From positions 150,660,001 to 150,724,000 of the forward strand of contig NC_042999.1 of assembly GCF_006345805.1 (NCBI RefSeq): a stretch of DNA of 64,000 nt. Reading direction: 5' to 3'. The notes under the pieces were generated by a model that was not told the origin of the DNA, made no database searches, and saw only the letters and a list, made by a program, of their open reading frames with translations. The stretch comes from Octopus sinensis (taxonomy: Eukaryota). Positions within the stretch are counted from its first letter, which is position 1; each line of letters begins with the position of its first letter. A program made the translations under genes and the position numbers. Positions 11,791 through 25,707 of this stretch are shown here, one piece after another.

Positions 11791-12293
11791 AGAGAGGTGT
11801 TCCCACGCAGGAAAAAGAATAATTGAATATGTTTTGGGGTTTGAAAATGCATCTGAATCTCAAAACGTGTAGTTTTTAAATTTTGCATTAGATTTATTCA
11901 AACACCAAGCCGGTTTCGAAAATTTTTTGCTTATCAGTGTTAAAAATAAAGAAACGACGTGTTTAGGAGAGTTTAAAGTTACAAGGTAAAATTCAGTAAA
12001 AACATGTTTAAACGATCAAATGTTCAAATCTTCACAAAAATTTCAATGAGTTTCACAGGGATAGACAATAATATAGACAAAGATCACGACAAATATACAT
12101 GATTTAAAGTTCAGTCATATTGAGTTTTTATTAAAAAAAAAAGAGGAAGAAAGAGAAAAAGATGGAAGTTTTTCTTTTTGACAAACTCTGTCGTGGTACA
12201 TGTAGTTCTTTTCTCAATTTCAGCTGAAGTGCACGAGTCTCTTCTCTTTGTTCGCTTCTTAGAACTCGAAATGTTGTCAGGCCAAATCTTTTA

Positions 12294-12325
<32 letters not shown>

Positions 12326-12442
12326 AACTTATAAACAAGGGCGAAAGAAAAATTAATTTCTATGCCAATATGCTGATAACAGACTTTAAATCGTCAATTT
12401 CCACATTTCATTATACATTCACTATAAATACATACATACATG

Positions 12443-12477
<35 letters not shown>

Positions 12478-14275
12478 CGCTGATATTATGCAAAAGTGTC
12501 ATAAGTCCAAAACGTTGCTTTTTCAGAAAACGAAAAAGTAGTTTCACCATTCCATTTCTTTTTACATTGGCAACAGTTTCAGCTGAACAATAATACTTTG
12601 TTGGGTGCATAAAATCGTAACTCTATGCATGTATGATATTTTCAGTCAGAAATATTTTTTTCAAAACTGTCGTATATAGGACTTACTACACTTTTGAAAA
12701 ATGCTAAACCGTTCTACTACTCTTTGACAATTTTCATATTTTGGCATCTGAAGCAAGTGGAGATACGATAGTCTGACCAACAGAACCGGCTATTGCAAGC
12801 AAAATTAAATAGTGAAAAAAAAAAAAATCGTTTGGCCAAATTTGGATATACGGTAGTTTAACATAATAGCAACGATATATTTTTACGGTCAAGGATGATA
12901 TCCTTTGTTTTTCTGGTGGGGGGTTTGGTCAAGATATTTTTTATTTTGGCAAATTCCAACGTTCTGGTTGGTTGACTTCCTGGTGACGTCAACTGTTTGT
13001 CGAAGTTCTGATTGGTTGTAAGTTTCGAACGTCATTTGTTTTGATCAAAAATATTTTCCGTTTTGGACAAAATATTTTTCTCTTGGCAAAGTTCAGTATT
13101 TTGCTTGGTGGACTTTCTTGGTAACCTGTTTTTGCCTGAAGGTCAGCTAGCGTTCCCGTTGGTTCCCTTAAGAAGTCACTGGTTCGGTTGGTTCAATATT
13201 TATGTTTTTCCCTGAGAGTCCAGTTTTGACCAGAGTAAAATTTCATTGGTTTAGTCTGAGGTGACGTCAGCAACTGGTGTTTGAAAAGGTGTATGTATTG
13301 CACAGTAGTTTAGAGTTGGGGGTTTCGATTTCCCGAGGAAGTTTGTTACTTAAACTTTTCGATTTGTATCTGCTGTCTCTGGTCGTTTTTCGTGAATAAA
13401 TTGGGTTTTCTCTTTCTAGTGTATTATTAGAGAATATTTAGTTGTGATTTGTATTTTTAATAAGCATACTTTCCTTATTTAACCGGAATTGGGTTGAAGT
13501 GTTTCCTGTACATTGATAGAGAGGGAAAATCTGGTATTTCTGATTTTTGTTTGCAAGGCATTGACCTATCAATATATATCTTTTATCTTTTACGTGTTTC
13601 AGTCATTAAACTTCGCCCATGCCGGGGCATTGCCATGAAGAATTTTAGTCAAACGAATCGACACCAGTACTTATTTTTAAAAGCCTGATACCTACTTTAT
13701 CGGTCTCTTTGCAGAACCGCAAAGTTATGGGGACATTGATATATATATATATATATGAAGGTAACAGTCAAACAAAAATGAATGTAACTTTTTTGTTTGT
13801 GTTTATTCTCATAATCTTCACAGCATTCTTTGAAGATGGAACAATTTTAGCACTTTGTAATATCGAAAATACATCCCATTGAATTAAACACTGCGCCATA
13901 AAAGAAATGGTGTAAACATTTCGATAATTACATATGCTAAGTGTCAGAGAATATCTACTCCTCTTTTCCTAGTTATTCCGAGAACCTCAGGCTATCCTGT
14001 TACTATTTTGTATAATGAAAAGTTCAGGCAGAAATGTCAGTAAACACGTAGTCAATGATAATTTAGTTGAGTTGCATTTATTTATTTCAGTACAACTAAC
14101 TATTCTAGTTTATATCCCGCCTTAATAACAGGCGTGGATGTTTCAGGTTTCAAAGACAAACATTTTTAGCTAAAATCCATTCTGAAGTCGGAGTAATATT
14201 TTCAATTCCACAATGATAAACCTCTTCATTTTTAATATTTCTTATTAAAACTGATATTTCAAATAGCATCTAAAG

Positions 14276-14514
14276 TAATGGTTCTCAACCGGGGTCCATT
14301 TAAGATTTCGTTGTTAAAATTTATGTGTAATAAAATGGTTATACAAATACACAAAACATTTTCATTTTTTAATACAATTCCTATTAATATTTAATTATAA
14401 AAAAATATAATAATAATAATAATCTGATTTTTTAAGCATCGAATGGCTATGAGGGTTCATCCATGTAAAATGAGAATCAAAGGGGTCCATAGGCAAAAAA
14501 TGGTTGAGTATTAC
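14276..14514. mobile_element. hAT-like MITE (CAGTGGTTCTCAAC-type ends)
   Basis: Left taatggttctcaaccggggtcc; right ggggtccataggcaaaaaatggttgagtattac. Solo ends of the same family at about 10600-10645 and 61755-61776. Confidence 0.6.
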
Positions 14515-15345
14515 CGATCTAATGAATATTGTTGCTTGTTTGTAAACTTGCTAGAGAAGTCTATGGATTTCGTAGTCTTACTTAGACTGATGAAAGCAAT
14601 GAAACGGGTGTCAAGCTTAAAAAGTGTAAAATCTGATAATATGCATCTTTATATTCCGGATCAGAACAGATCGAGCGAATTTCTATATTTGTTAGAACCG
14701 TGAAGTCTTAGAAAATACGCAAAAAAAAACGGAATTACTGGGATGACAGCATCTCCATAGAATTTCTAATTCTGCATAGGACCAGCAGTTTTGAAGGGGA
14801 TGGGAAACTGTTTGCGCTGCCCGAACTACTGAACTGGCACTCATTTTATCGACCTCTACAGGATTAAAAGCAAAGTCGATCTCGGTGGCATTTAAACTCA
14901 GAACGTAAAGAAACCGAAAGAATGCCGACAAGTATGTGGCCAGCGCGGTAACAGATATGCCACCTTGTTGCGTAATACATTTGCGCAGAATATTACTACA
15001 GAAAAATAGGTAGTACATTCATTTTCGTTATTCGATATTCCTATATTATCTTTTCGCTCATCTTTGTTTCTATAGATTAATATCTGAAGAGCTTAATGTC
15101 TAAAGTCCAAAAATAAAGAAAACACAAAGTCGATCCGCTTCCGCCGGTTCGTCTCAGAAATCATCGGCTTCTTTCAAGCGATTCGGCTGAACAATCCAAA
15201 TTCTTTTAGGCGGTTTCTGTCATTCGAAAGAGAAAAAAATTCTACATAAACTGTAAGAAAGTAAAATAATTTTATACAGTTTTGTTAAAAATAAATTAAT
15301 GAAGGAATAGAACTGTCATTATCGGTCTTAAACTTATTTTGGCCA

Positions 15346-15675
<330 letters not shown>

Positions 15676-15940
15676 TATATATATATATTCACCTTCGAAA
15701 CGTAGAGTAGATGAAACCATAGCGACTGAAGAAGGGTTTTTTTCTTTGTGTTAATTGTCCTGTACTCTATTTTTTTGTTGTTTAAAAAAATGTCCAGTTC
15801 CTTGGGTTTGTGTCTCTGTTTTCGTTTCTCATTGTGTTCGACGGCTTTTTGGTGTCCTGTACTCATATATGCCTGTATATGTACATGTAGAGGTAGGTAC
15901 GTACATATATGTTTATATATATATGCATATGTTTTATTTA

Positions 15941-16006
<66 letters not shown>

Positions 16007-17314
16007 CATCTATACATACATACACGTACACACATATAAGACTGTAAAAACATTTTTTCTTTACATTAAAAAAAATCCGTTTTTCTTTTCAATGATTTCT
16101 CTTTAATTAACAACATATTTGTCTTTATTCTCAACTTTATTCCTTTATTTCCGTTTTTGCGTCACTTTATTAGCAAAGTTTTTCATTTTTATCATTGTTA
16201 CAGTTAAATGTTTATATTTTTTATATAACCTGATAATGCATTGTGATTTTAAGCTTGATAAACCCCTACATTTTACGAAGTTACTATTCAAAACTGGAAT
16301 AATTCTTTTATTGCTTGGCAGGGGTCAGAGATTCAAGAACGTCAAACAAAAACTCAAATACAACAAAAAAGAAAAAAAACGTACCTCACAATGGTTAATA
16401 GGTTACTATATTCCACTTCCACATCCTTTAAAATCTCTATAATTTTGTAGTTCAGTCCCCTATTTTTATGAAGTGAATACATTTTGTTACCACATTCATT
16501 TATATTATTCTTTCTTAGAGAATGTACTCTTGTTGATAACGACAGACTGTTAAGATAATAGAATCCAGTTGAAAGTTTTCTCATTCTTTCTTAACGCAGC
16601 ACTTCTGAGATCCTGCCATAGACGGCGTATTGTGAGTAATTGTACCGTAAGTTTTTCATCAGGTAAATCGAAAATGCTTCTTGCTGTTCCGAACCTATAG
16701 AACAGATTCTCATCTCTGATAGACCTCTTTGTCGATTTTAAAGCAAATAAATCTCATATCGTAAAGTCTGGTGTTATCTCAGACCCAAATATAGTCACCT
16801 TTGCTGTATTTATCACTTCCGTTGTACTATCCACATCTATCGGATCAGAAATGTTGATGTTTCTTTCGAGGGTACTGAGGTATCGTAGTCATGTCTCTTA
16901 TACGGTCATAAACTGTCCTCCGCCATCAACTATTATTCTCAAGCATAGTAAATCTCGAATCGGTTAAATTTCATGTAACAGCGGTTCTATTATACTTTGT
17001 TTTGATTCAATGAAAACCGCTTACTTTTATGATACTTCTAAAAATAAGCAGACTTATGCCTGCTAATTGGTGGATAGTATCTATCTCATAATGCTTTCTG
17101 TTATAGGCACAAGATCTGAAATTGGTGGTGGTGGTTTGGGGGATAGTCGATTACATGTACTTATTTCATAAACTCTGAAGAGGTGAAAGGCAAAGTTGCC
17201 TTGGTGGAATTTGAACTTAGAACATAATACCGGAAGAAATGGTGCTAAGTATTTTGTCTGGTGTGCTAACGATTCAGCTAGCTCGCCGCTTTGTACCTCT
17301 CTAATAATAATATA

Positions 17315-18154
17315 CGATGTCTGATCAATAAGCATCCGGACTGTTGCCATAGTAACGAAACTAAAGCACTCAAATGGAAGCCACTTGGCACAGATTGACC
17401 GTGACCTCTGCTGTGCATGCGCACTAAGTATTAACGTTCTAGCTCACTTCTGCTAGTTACAGCAGTGCATGGAAGGAGAGTGTGTAGCGTGTGATCGTCG
17501 CATTGACCATGACAAAGAAATTGTCATGGCGATACCTGCCCAGAGGCCTACACAGAGTTGCAGAAAGTGTCTGGAGAGGAGTACGAGGGGTTCAGATATT
17601 TCCAAGATGGCCGAAAAATGTCGATATTGACGAATGTTCTGGGAGACCCGCAACCAGCAGAACTGAGAAAAACATCGCAGATGTACGTGCAGCTGTGAGG
17701 GGAAATCGTCGAATCACCGTGAGTTATTAGCGGATGTGCAGGTTAAATACGGTTCAGTTCAATCCATTATCACTGAAGATTTGGGTATGAGACGCGTGTC
17801 TGCCAAGTTTGTGCCAAAACTGCTTTCAGCTGACCGAAAAGACACTTGGGTTTCACTTGCCTAAGATCCCCTTGATTGTGTCGAGAACGATGAAAACTTT
17901 TTGGTATCACCAAGCTTTTGGCAAAATTTGATGCAGATTCTCCGCTCAACTTTCTATCATGGTCAATGCGACGAACACACGCTACACACGTAACTTCCAA
18001 GCACTGCTGTAAACAGCGGAAGTGAGCTAGAACGTTAAAACTTAGTGATCATGCACAACAGAATTTAAGGTCAATCTGTGCCAAGCGGCTTCACTCTATG
18101 TGCCTTAGCTTCGTTACTATGGCAACAATCCAGATACTTATTGATCAAACCACA
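17315..18154. mobile_element. Mariner derivative with two inverted 5' ends and a partial transposase
   Basis: TA on both sides; inverted arms over 200 bp (cgatgtctgatcaataag... / ...cttattgatcaaaccaca); internal SGRPATSRTEKNIADVRAAVRGNRRIT and RRVSAKFVPKLLS (WVPREL-like); the right arm encodes KVERRICIKFCQKLGDT on the minus strand. Confidence 0.88.
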
Positions 18155-19131
18155 TAAAAAATACAACTGACCTGTCTCTTCAGTTTCTTGTTGAGATCCT
18201 TAATTTGATCCCTCCTACTTGAGTCCATTGCCAGATTTTTTTCTTATTTAAGTGAAATAGTCAATTTGTTTATGTATTATAATCGTCCAGTTATGATTAA
18301 ATAGTCAATTTGTTTATGTATTATAATCGTCCAGTTATGACTGCGGAAGCTATTATGTAATATACATTATTTAAATATGTGACTGTAGCATTGTTTTCAG
18401 CCATGTCTATATACATGATGCCTGATTTATCATCCGCACGTTGTTGAAACTTGTGTAATACCTACTCCTCCAGTCTTAATTTATTCTTAATACTCCGCGA
18501 CAGAAGTAACTCTTCTAGATTTTCTGTTTGTATGAAACGTATGTTGCTACCGGAGAAATTCTCCTTTACACAAATTTAGACAGCTGCTGTTCGCGTGAGT
18601 GCTACCTGAGATAAACGCCTGTATCATCTGTATCTTCTCACTTGCTGTATAAATATAATATAAAGATATACATATTCGCGCGTGCACACACACACATACA
18701 CACACGTTACATTAATTTTTAGCTTATTTATATTTTAGTTGCGAAAGTGTACTTTCTAGAGTGTTGGTGTCTGCTGTACTAAATGTTTTCATGTAGTTTA
18801 CAACGGCATAAGAGTGAACTCCCTGAAAACTATACCACTGTAGGTTTTTTGATGAGGTTAAAAAAATCTCATAAATCTAACGAAAGAAGACAACGAAATT
18901 GATATTAATGGCGGAATACTCGAAAGAGAGACAGAGAGAAATTTTATGTTTTGTATTACTGCTGCTATTGGTGCTGACCTGCAGTTAAAATTTTATTTAA
19001 AAAAAAAAAAATGGATCTAGGAGTTAATGTTTCGGAATTGCGTGTTCTAGTTTTTCATAGTTCTTGCGTTTTTCTTTCTTTTTCAGTGAAGTATGATAAC
19101 TCATCCCCTCGACCGTCACAACCGCCACTAT

Positions 19132-19198
<67 letters not shown>

Positions 19199-19413
19199 AA
19201 ACAGAATAAATACAAACACACACGCCCCATAACAAAATACCAGACAGAACAACAAACAAGCAGAAAACCATGATTTGATGATGAAACTGGCATAAACTCA
19301 TGGGTATTTCGTTGAAATTCTCAGTATTTTTTTAAAGAAGAGCTGGAGTTGCAGGGGAAAAAGAAAAATTATTTCTAGTTCAATTTTTATATATTTCGCA
19401 TTACTAATATAGT

Positions 19414-19690
19414 ATTACATCGTGGAAGGTGTTTATAAGCCATTTAAAAACACACAGAAACCATTAGATTCACTTCAATATTTAAATTTGATTTGCCAAA
19501 ATATTTTTGTCGCTTTGAGACCGTGAACTGTTCACTGACAAAATTACGTGCAGTACGGAATTTTGTCTGTGAACAGATCACGGTCTCAAAGCGACGAAAA
19601 TATTTTGGCAAATCAAATTTAAATGTTGATGTGAATCTAACGGTTTTTGTGTGTTTTTAAATGGCTTATAAACACCTTCCACGATGCAAT
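19414..19690. mobile_element. Foldback MITE, about 130-bp arms and about 13-bp spacer
   Basis: attacatcgtggaaggtgtttataagccattt...gacaaaatt / aatttttgtc...aaatggcttataaacaccttccacgatgcaat. Confidence 0.85.
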
Positions 19691-19814
19691 TGTTTTTGTT
19701 TCAGCGCACGATTTCAAATCAGGTCACTTGCTATGCAAGTACGTCTCCGCAATAATATAGTATTATTAACAAGAAACTTTTACGGAAACAATAATTCTAC
19801 CCGAAGTTATTGAG

Positions 19815-20028
19815 TGAATATTCTTTTCTACTCTAGGCACAAGGCCCGAAATTTTTGGGGAGGTGGTGGGGACCCCAGTACGCAACTGGTACTTAATTTA
19901 TCGACATCCCCGAAGGAATAAAAGGCAAAGTCGACATCGGCGGAATTTGAACTCAGAACGTAAAGACGGATGAAATTAAGCTAAGCATTTCGCCCGGCGT
20001 GCTGACGTTTCTGCCAGCTTGCCGCCTT
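19815..20028 (-). mobile_element. Nin/Deu-type SINE monomer (tail B)
   Basis: Reverse complement of head, domain and gggccttgtgcctagagtagaaaagaata tail. Confidence 0.88.
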
Positions 20029-20032
20029 TAAA

Positions 20033-20438
20033 CAATATTCTTTTCTACTCTAGGCACAAGGACCGAAATTTTGGGGAGGGGGGCCAGTCGATTATATCGA
20101 CCCTAGTGCGTAACTGGTACTTAATTTATCGACCCCGAAAGGATGAAAGGCAAAGTTGACCTCGGCGGAATTTGAACTCACAACGTAGCGACAGACGAAA
20201 TACCTATTTCTTTACTACCCACAAGGGGCTACACACAGAGAGGACAAACAAGGACAGACAAACGGGTTAAGTCGATTATATCGACCTCAGTGCGTAACTG
20301 GTACTTATTTAATCGACCCCGAAAGGATGAAAGGCAAAGTCGGCCTCGGCAGAATTTGAACTCAGAACGTAAAGACAGACGAAATACCGCTAAGCATGTC
20401 TCCTGGCGTGTTAACGTTTCTGCCCGCTCGCCGCCTTT
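20033..20438 (-). mobile_element. Nin/Deu-type SINE dimer (tail A + 5'-truncated unit with tail B)
   Basis: Junction aagaaatag|gtatttcgtc at 20203/20204. Confidence 0.88.
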
Positions 20439-20884
20439 GTTGATTGGAAATATTGTGTCTATTGTACTGTCTATTGTTATTATCATTGTTGTTGTTGTTA
20501 TTTTGGTGTTTCAGGAGATCGTTGCCGCTACATCAGTACATCTGACTTAAAAACTACTATCACAAATATTGGTCATTATGACCCTTAAGAGGGAATATCG
20601 CGTACATTACAACAGACTTGCTTCCTTTCACATTAAAAATATGAAGCATAACTCCTCTGAGACCTTTCAAATGATAAATGAGTTATGAAGGGATTAAACT
20701 TAGAAAAGCACATCATTAAGAACGCACACAAACCCTTAGCATACCAAAGATGTTCGCCTGCCAAATATTCTGCATTTTATCAAAATAGTTTGGATAATAT
20801 AAGCAATGTCATTAGATAGACAGAATACAAGACTTTACGAAGTTTTCTAAGAAAACAAAATGGAACCCAGAGACTTCTGCAACT

Positions 20885-21082
20885 TGTTTTCTTTTCTCTC
20901 TTTTACTTGTTCGAATCAATAAACTGCGGCCATGCTGGGGCATCGCTTTGAAGGGTTTTAGTCGAACAGATCGATCCTAGTGCTTACTTTTAAGTCTGGT
21001 GCTTATTTCATCGGTCTGTTTTACCGAAGCGCTAAGTTGCGAGAACGTAAACAAACCAACACCGGTTGTCAAGCGGTTAGGT

Positions 21083-21136
<54 letters not shown>

Positions 21137-21735
21137 TGTATGTCACTGTGTTTGTGTTTGTTCCCCATTGCCGCTTCACAACCGGTGTTGGTGTGTTTAC
21201 GTCTCCGTAACTTAGTGGTTCGGGAAATGAGGCCGATTGAATAAGTGTCAGGCTTAAGTACTGTGGTTGATTCATTCGACTAAAATTTTTCAAGGCTGTG
21301 GCCCAGCATGGCTACAGTCTAATGACTGAAACAACAAAAACATAAAAGATATACATACATACATACATACATACATACATGCATGCATACATACATGCAG
21401 ACATACATATATGCATATATAAATACATACATACATACATACATATATACATACATACATACATACATACATACATACATACATACATACATACATACAT
21501 CCGTACATACATGCGTACATACATACATACATGCATACATACATACATGCATACATGCACGCATATGACGGCTTCTTTCAGTTTCCTTCAACCAAATTCT
21601 CTCACATAACTTTGGTCGGTCCGGGACCGGAACTCTAGAATAAGATACACTCCCAAGGTGCCACACGGCTAGACTGAACCCAGAACCACGTGGTTACAAA
21701 GTGAGCTTCTTAACCACACAGCCACGCCTGCGCCA
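20885..21735 (-). mobile_element. CORE-type SINE split at its internal microsatellite, with an opposite-orientation 3' half (about 21130-21350) and (TACA)n inside
   Basis: Minus 5' half at 21566-21735, minus 3' half at 20885-21085, plus 3' half between them. Confidence 0.7.
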
Positions 21736-22266
21736 AGAGGAATATTTGTCAACGTTCATAATACCTCAGAAGGGAATTTACTACAAATTCTTCCTCTGTG
21801 AGCGTAAATAAATGATTTATTTCTAGTAAATAATGGCTTGAAACGAGACGAACACCAAAGTGAAACTATGATGGAATGGCTTGTGTCAGAAGACAGAAAT
21901 ATCAATTTATAAAATCAAATTGATGACAAATAAAATAAGAGGCCATTTTAACACACATAAATTATGTTCAGTGACTCATTATTCAACGTTCAAATTCCAA
22001 TACAATCTCTTTGTACGTATTATTTATCCAGAGTTGATAGAATGATGCACTGGGATTGCTGTTTTGCCTCAACAGAACTCTAAGGCTTTGCAGCTGGGGC
22101 CAAATGTGACTATCTCGTCTTATTTGTTTTTTTATTTTTCTGATGTAATTTATTTTGGATGAGTGGACGACAAGGATAAATTTAACGTCGGCGGGTTTAG
22201 AAGTCAGAAGTTAGAAGCGAGTTTAGAAGTCAGTCAACTAACATAGTCCAGTATCTTTAGATAGAT

Positions 22267-22654
22267 GTTCTTTTCTACTCTAGGCAAAAGGCCCGAAAGT
22301 TTTGGGAAGGGGTAATCGATTAGATCGACCTCAGTACGCAACTGGTACTTAATTTATCGACCCCGAAAGGATGAAAGGCAAAGTCGACCTCAGCGGAATT
22401 TGAACTCAGAACGTAGCGGCAAACGAAATACCTATTTCTTTACTACCCACAAGGGGCTAAACACAGAGAGTACAAACAAAACGGGTTAAGTCGATTATAT
22501 CGAACTCAGTGCGTAACTGGTACTTATTTAATCAACCCCGAAAGGATGAAAGGCAAAGTCGACCTCGGCGGAATTTGAACTCAGAACGTAGCGGCAGACG
22601 AAATACTGCTAAGCATTTCGCCCAGCGTGTTAACGTTTCTGCTAGCTCACCGCT
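22267..22654 (-). mobile_element. Nin/Deu-type SINE dimer
   Basis: Same junction at 22431/22432. Confidence 0.88.
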
Positions 22655-23419
22655 TTATCTTTAAATATATTAAAACAATATATTTCTTCATGTATATCCA
22701 CCTTTCTTTTTTTCTTTTTTTTGTACATTACATTCACATTAGGATATTCATGCCGTCAATAATGACAGCGGGTGTTTTACTAATCTTTATGATCATTACA
22801 ACATTTAGGATTGTATATAGGAATACTCGATTTTTCCAGTTGGTGGTATTGTCGAAAAATGTACATGGAAGTTGCTAATGAGACTATGAGGATGCAAATA
22901 ACAATGCCAAAATAACAGGTAAATAAGAAAAATATGTTTACTACTCTCCAAATACTATAAAAGTTTGGTTACTTTCAGTATGTACAATATGTAGTAGTCA
23001 AGGAATCACTCGCTATTCTACATTATGTGCATGCGGCGTAATAAATAAATTTGCTAAAGGTGAATGCAGGATATCTTTCAGTAGGCTGAATATGAAAGCT
23101 ATTAGTGGAATATACATATAAAGCAGAATAACATATATATAAAGTTGAATATATAAAGTAGAATAATTAATAGTAGAAGGAGTGTATATACAAATATATA
23201 TATAGCGTATTAAATCTATATTGATGACACATAATGCATTATGTGTCTGTGTGTATATATATATGTATATGTACACACACATATGTACATGAACAAAAGT
23301 GCACAGTAAGATCCATGATGGTAGAGTCTGAAAATGTAAACTAGTTCCAAAAAAAGAGAGAGAAAAAAATGTGTCCGGATTAACGGTTCAACATGATGAA
23401 ACCGTTGATCCCGACAAAT

Positions 23420-23585
23420 TTTTCTCTCTCTCCATTTTGTTTCCTCTTATCCCTTTCTGTCAAAGAGCGTAGGCTCGAAATGTCAAAAACTTTTCCATTC
23501 TTCTTGAGCGTCAAACTAATACACCTGCTTGTTGTTCCCTCACTTGTCCTTGTCTTTTGCTTTCTGTACATTTGAACCATATAAA
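23420..23585 (+). mobile_element. Second copy of the hammerhead-like short element (motif 23454-23487)
   Basis: ttt-CTGTCAA-A-GAGC-gtag-GCTC-GAAA-TGTC-aaa followed by ttcttgagcgtcaaactaatacacctg. Confidence 0.6.
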
Positions 23586-23714
23586 TACAGGGTTATTCAA
23601 AATGAGCCGATTTCATTAAGCAATATTTTAATGAGGAAAAGCAATAGAAAACTCCAGCTAAGTCACAATCAACTTTCATTTTCTGTTTTACAAGTGTTCA
23701 ATGTGGCCACCATC

Positions 23715-23792
<78 letters not shown>

Positions 23793-24411
23793 TATATACA
23801 TACACATACATACATACACACACATATATATATGTGTGTGTGTATGTATATGTATGAGCGTATGCATGTATAGTGATTAGATTTGTTAATGAGAAAATGA
23901 AAAAATTAAGCACATTTCTTCACAGGCATTCACGTATTCCTTAACATGCATTGACACATTCTTTCACAAATGTCCACATATTCCCTTACATATATATTCA
24001 CACGTTCCTTACATGGTGTAAACTTTCAAACATTGTCTCAATTTTTCCAAACCTTGCTGCATTTCATATGGAAATTTTGTTCCTCCAAAATCATGTTGGG
24101 ATATAAGTCGACCTATCTTTTTTGGTTGTAAATTTTGGTCTGAAAAATTCAATTTCTATGCCGGAATGTACAGTACAACATCGATATTTTCTAACAGTAA
24201 AATAATAATGGACAAAATGAGTCACATTAATCTACAATGACTCAAATGGTTAAGTATTGGCCTATAACTTCGGAAACAGCGATGTAATTTATTATAATAT
24301 AACGTTTTCTATGAATATACCAACCGTTTCTTTGTAGAAAACATTCATGTTACAGAAGTAAATATATATAAATATATATATATATAATATATATATATAT
24401 ATATAATATAT

Positions 24412-24474
<63 letters not shown>

Positions 24475-25292
24475 TATATAAAACCCTTCATCAAAACTGT
24501 CGTAGCCAATTAGTTTTCTGTATATAAAACACAACTAAATTGAAGACAACTTTCTTTTGATAAATTTATCATAAGAATGCTATCTTTGATAAAGAATTAA
24601 GAAAACAAACAAACAAACAATTCTTTGATAAAGAATTCTGTATCTTAGATATTGTGTCGTGTTTTGCTTGGATGATGATTGATAACACCTGTCAGTTGTA
24701 TTGTCTTCTCCACAGCCCTTTGTCTTTCTTTCACTGTCTCTCTTTATTTTTATGTTACTCGACAAGGTGTATGAGTTGTGAAATAAAGGCCCAGAGGGGC
24801 AAACCAGTTATTAATTCAAGAATATGGAGCGAGCAAATTCAAAGACCCAATCTGTTGATATGTCGTTCTAATGTCAAAGGGCGGTTGATGATAGAAACGG
24901 CAGATAAAATACCCAACAACATTATTTTCCTTTCTGAGTTATTTGATCTTGGAGGTAGTGGGTTCTGCCCATGGTCTTTGCATAAGTTACATCTGTTTAC
25001 CTCCTGAATTCAAATCCCACCCACATTTACTTTTATCTTCCAGTCGTCAATTAACTCTTGAAAATATTCTTATTCAAAAGCCCAGTCCTGTGATATTTCC
25101 ATTATAGAACAAAAATGGACGCTAGAAGAAGAAATAGATCAGAGTTTTCTCCTTTACATTAGAGAGCTGCTCATTTCCTTACAAATGAAGTAAACGAGGT
25201 TAGTATGAGTCTTGTGATATCGTGTGTTTCAAGGCTGGTTAACCGATACAGTCCTGTGATGTTCTGTGCCATACAGAAAGTTAAGAATTAGA

Positions 25293-25707
25293 AGGCCGCG
25301 AGCTGGCAGAGACGTTAGCACGCCGGGCGAAATGCTTAGCAGTATTTCGTCTGCTGCTACGTTCTGAGTTCAAATTCCGCCGAGGTCGACTTTGCCTTTC
25401 ATCCTTTCGGGGTCGATAAATTAAGTACCATTTACGCACTGGGGTCGATATAATCGACTTAATCCGTTTGTCTGTCCTTGTTTGTCCTCTCTGTGTTTAG
25501 CCCCTTGTGGGTAGTAAAGAAATGGGTATTTCGTCTGCTGCTACGTTCTGAGTTCAAATTCCGCCGAGGTCGACTTTGCCTTTCATCCTTTCGGTGTCGA
25601 TTAAATAAGTATCAGTTCCGCACTGGGGTCGATATAATCGACTTAATCCGTTTGTCTATCCTTGTTTGTCCTCTCTGTGTGTAGCCCCTTGTGGGTAGTA
25701 AAGAAAC
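25293..25707 (+). mobile_element. Nin/Deu-type SINE dimer (tail A twice)
   Basis: Junction at 25525/25526; agaaagttaaga repeated at 25275-25286 and 25709-25720 (probable TSD). Confidence 0.88.

Noticed and set aside
18255-18340. Exact 42-bp direct repeat
   Set aside because: Ordinary local tandem duplication with only two units
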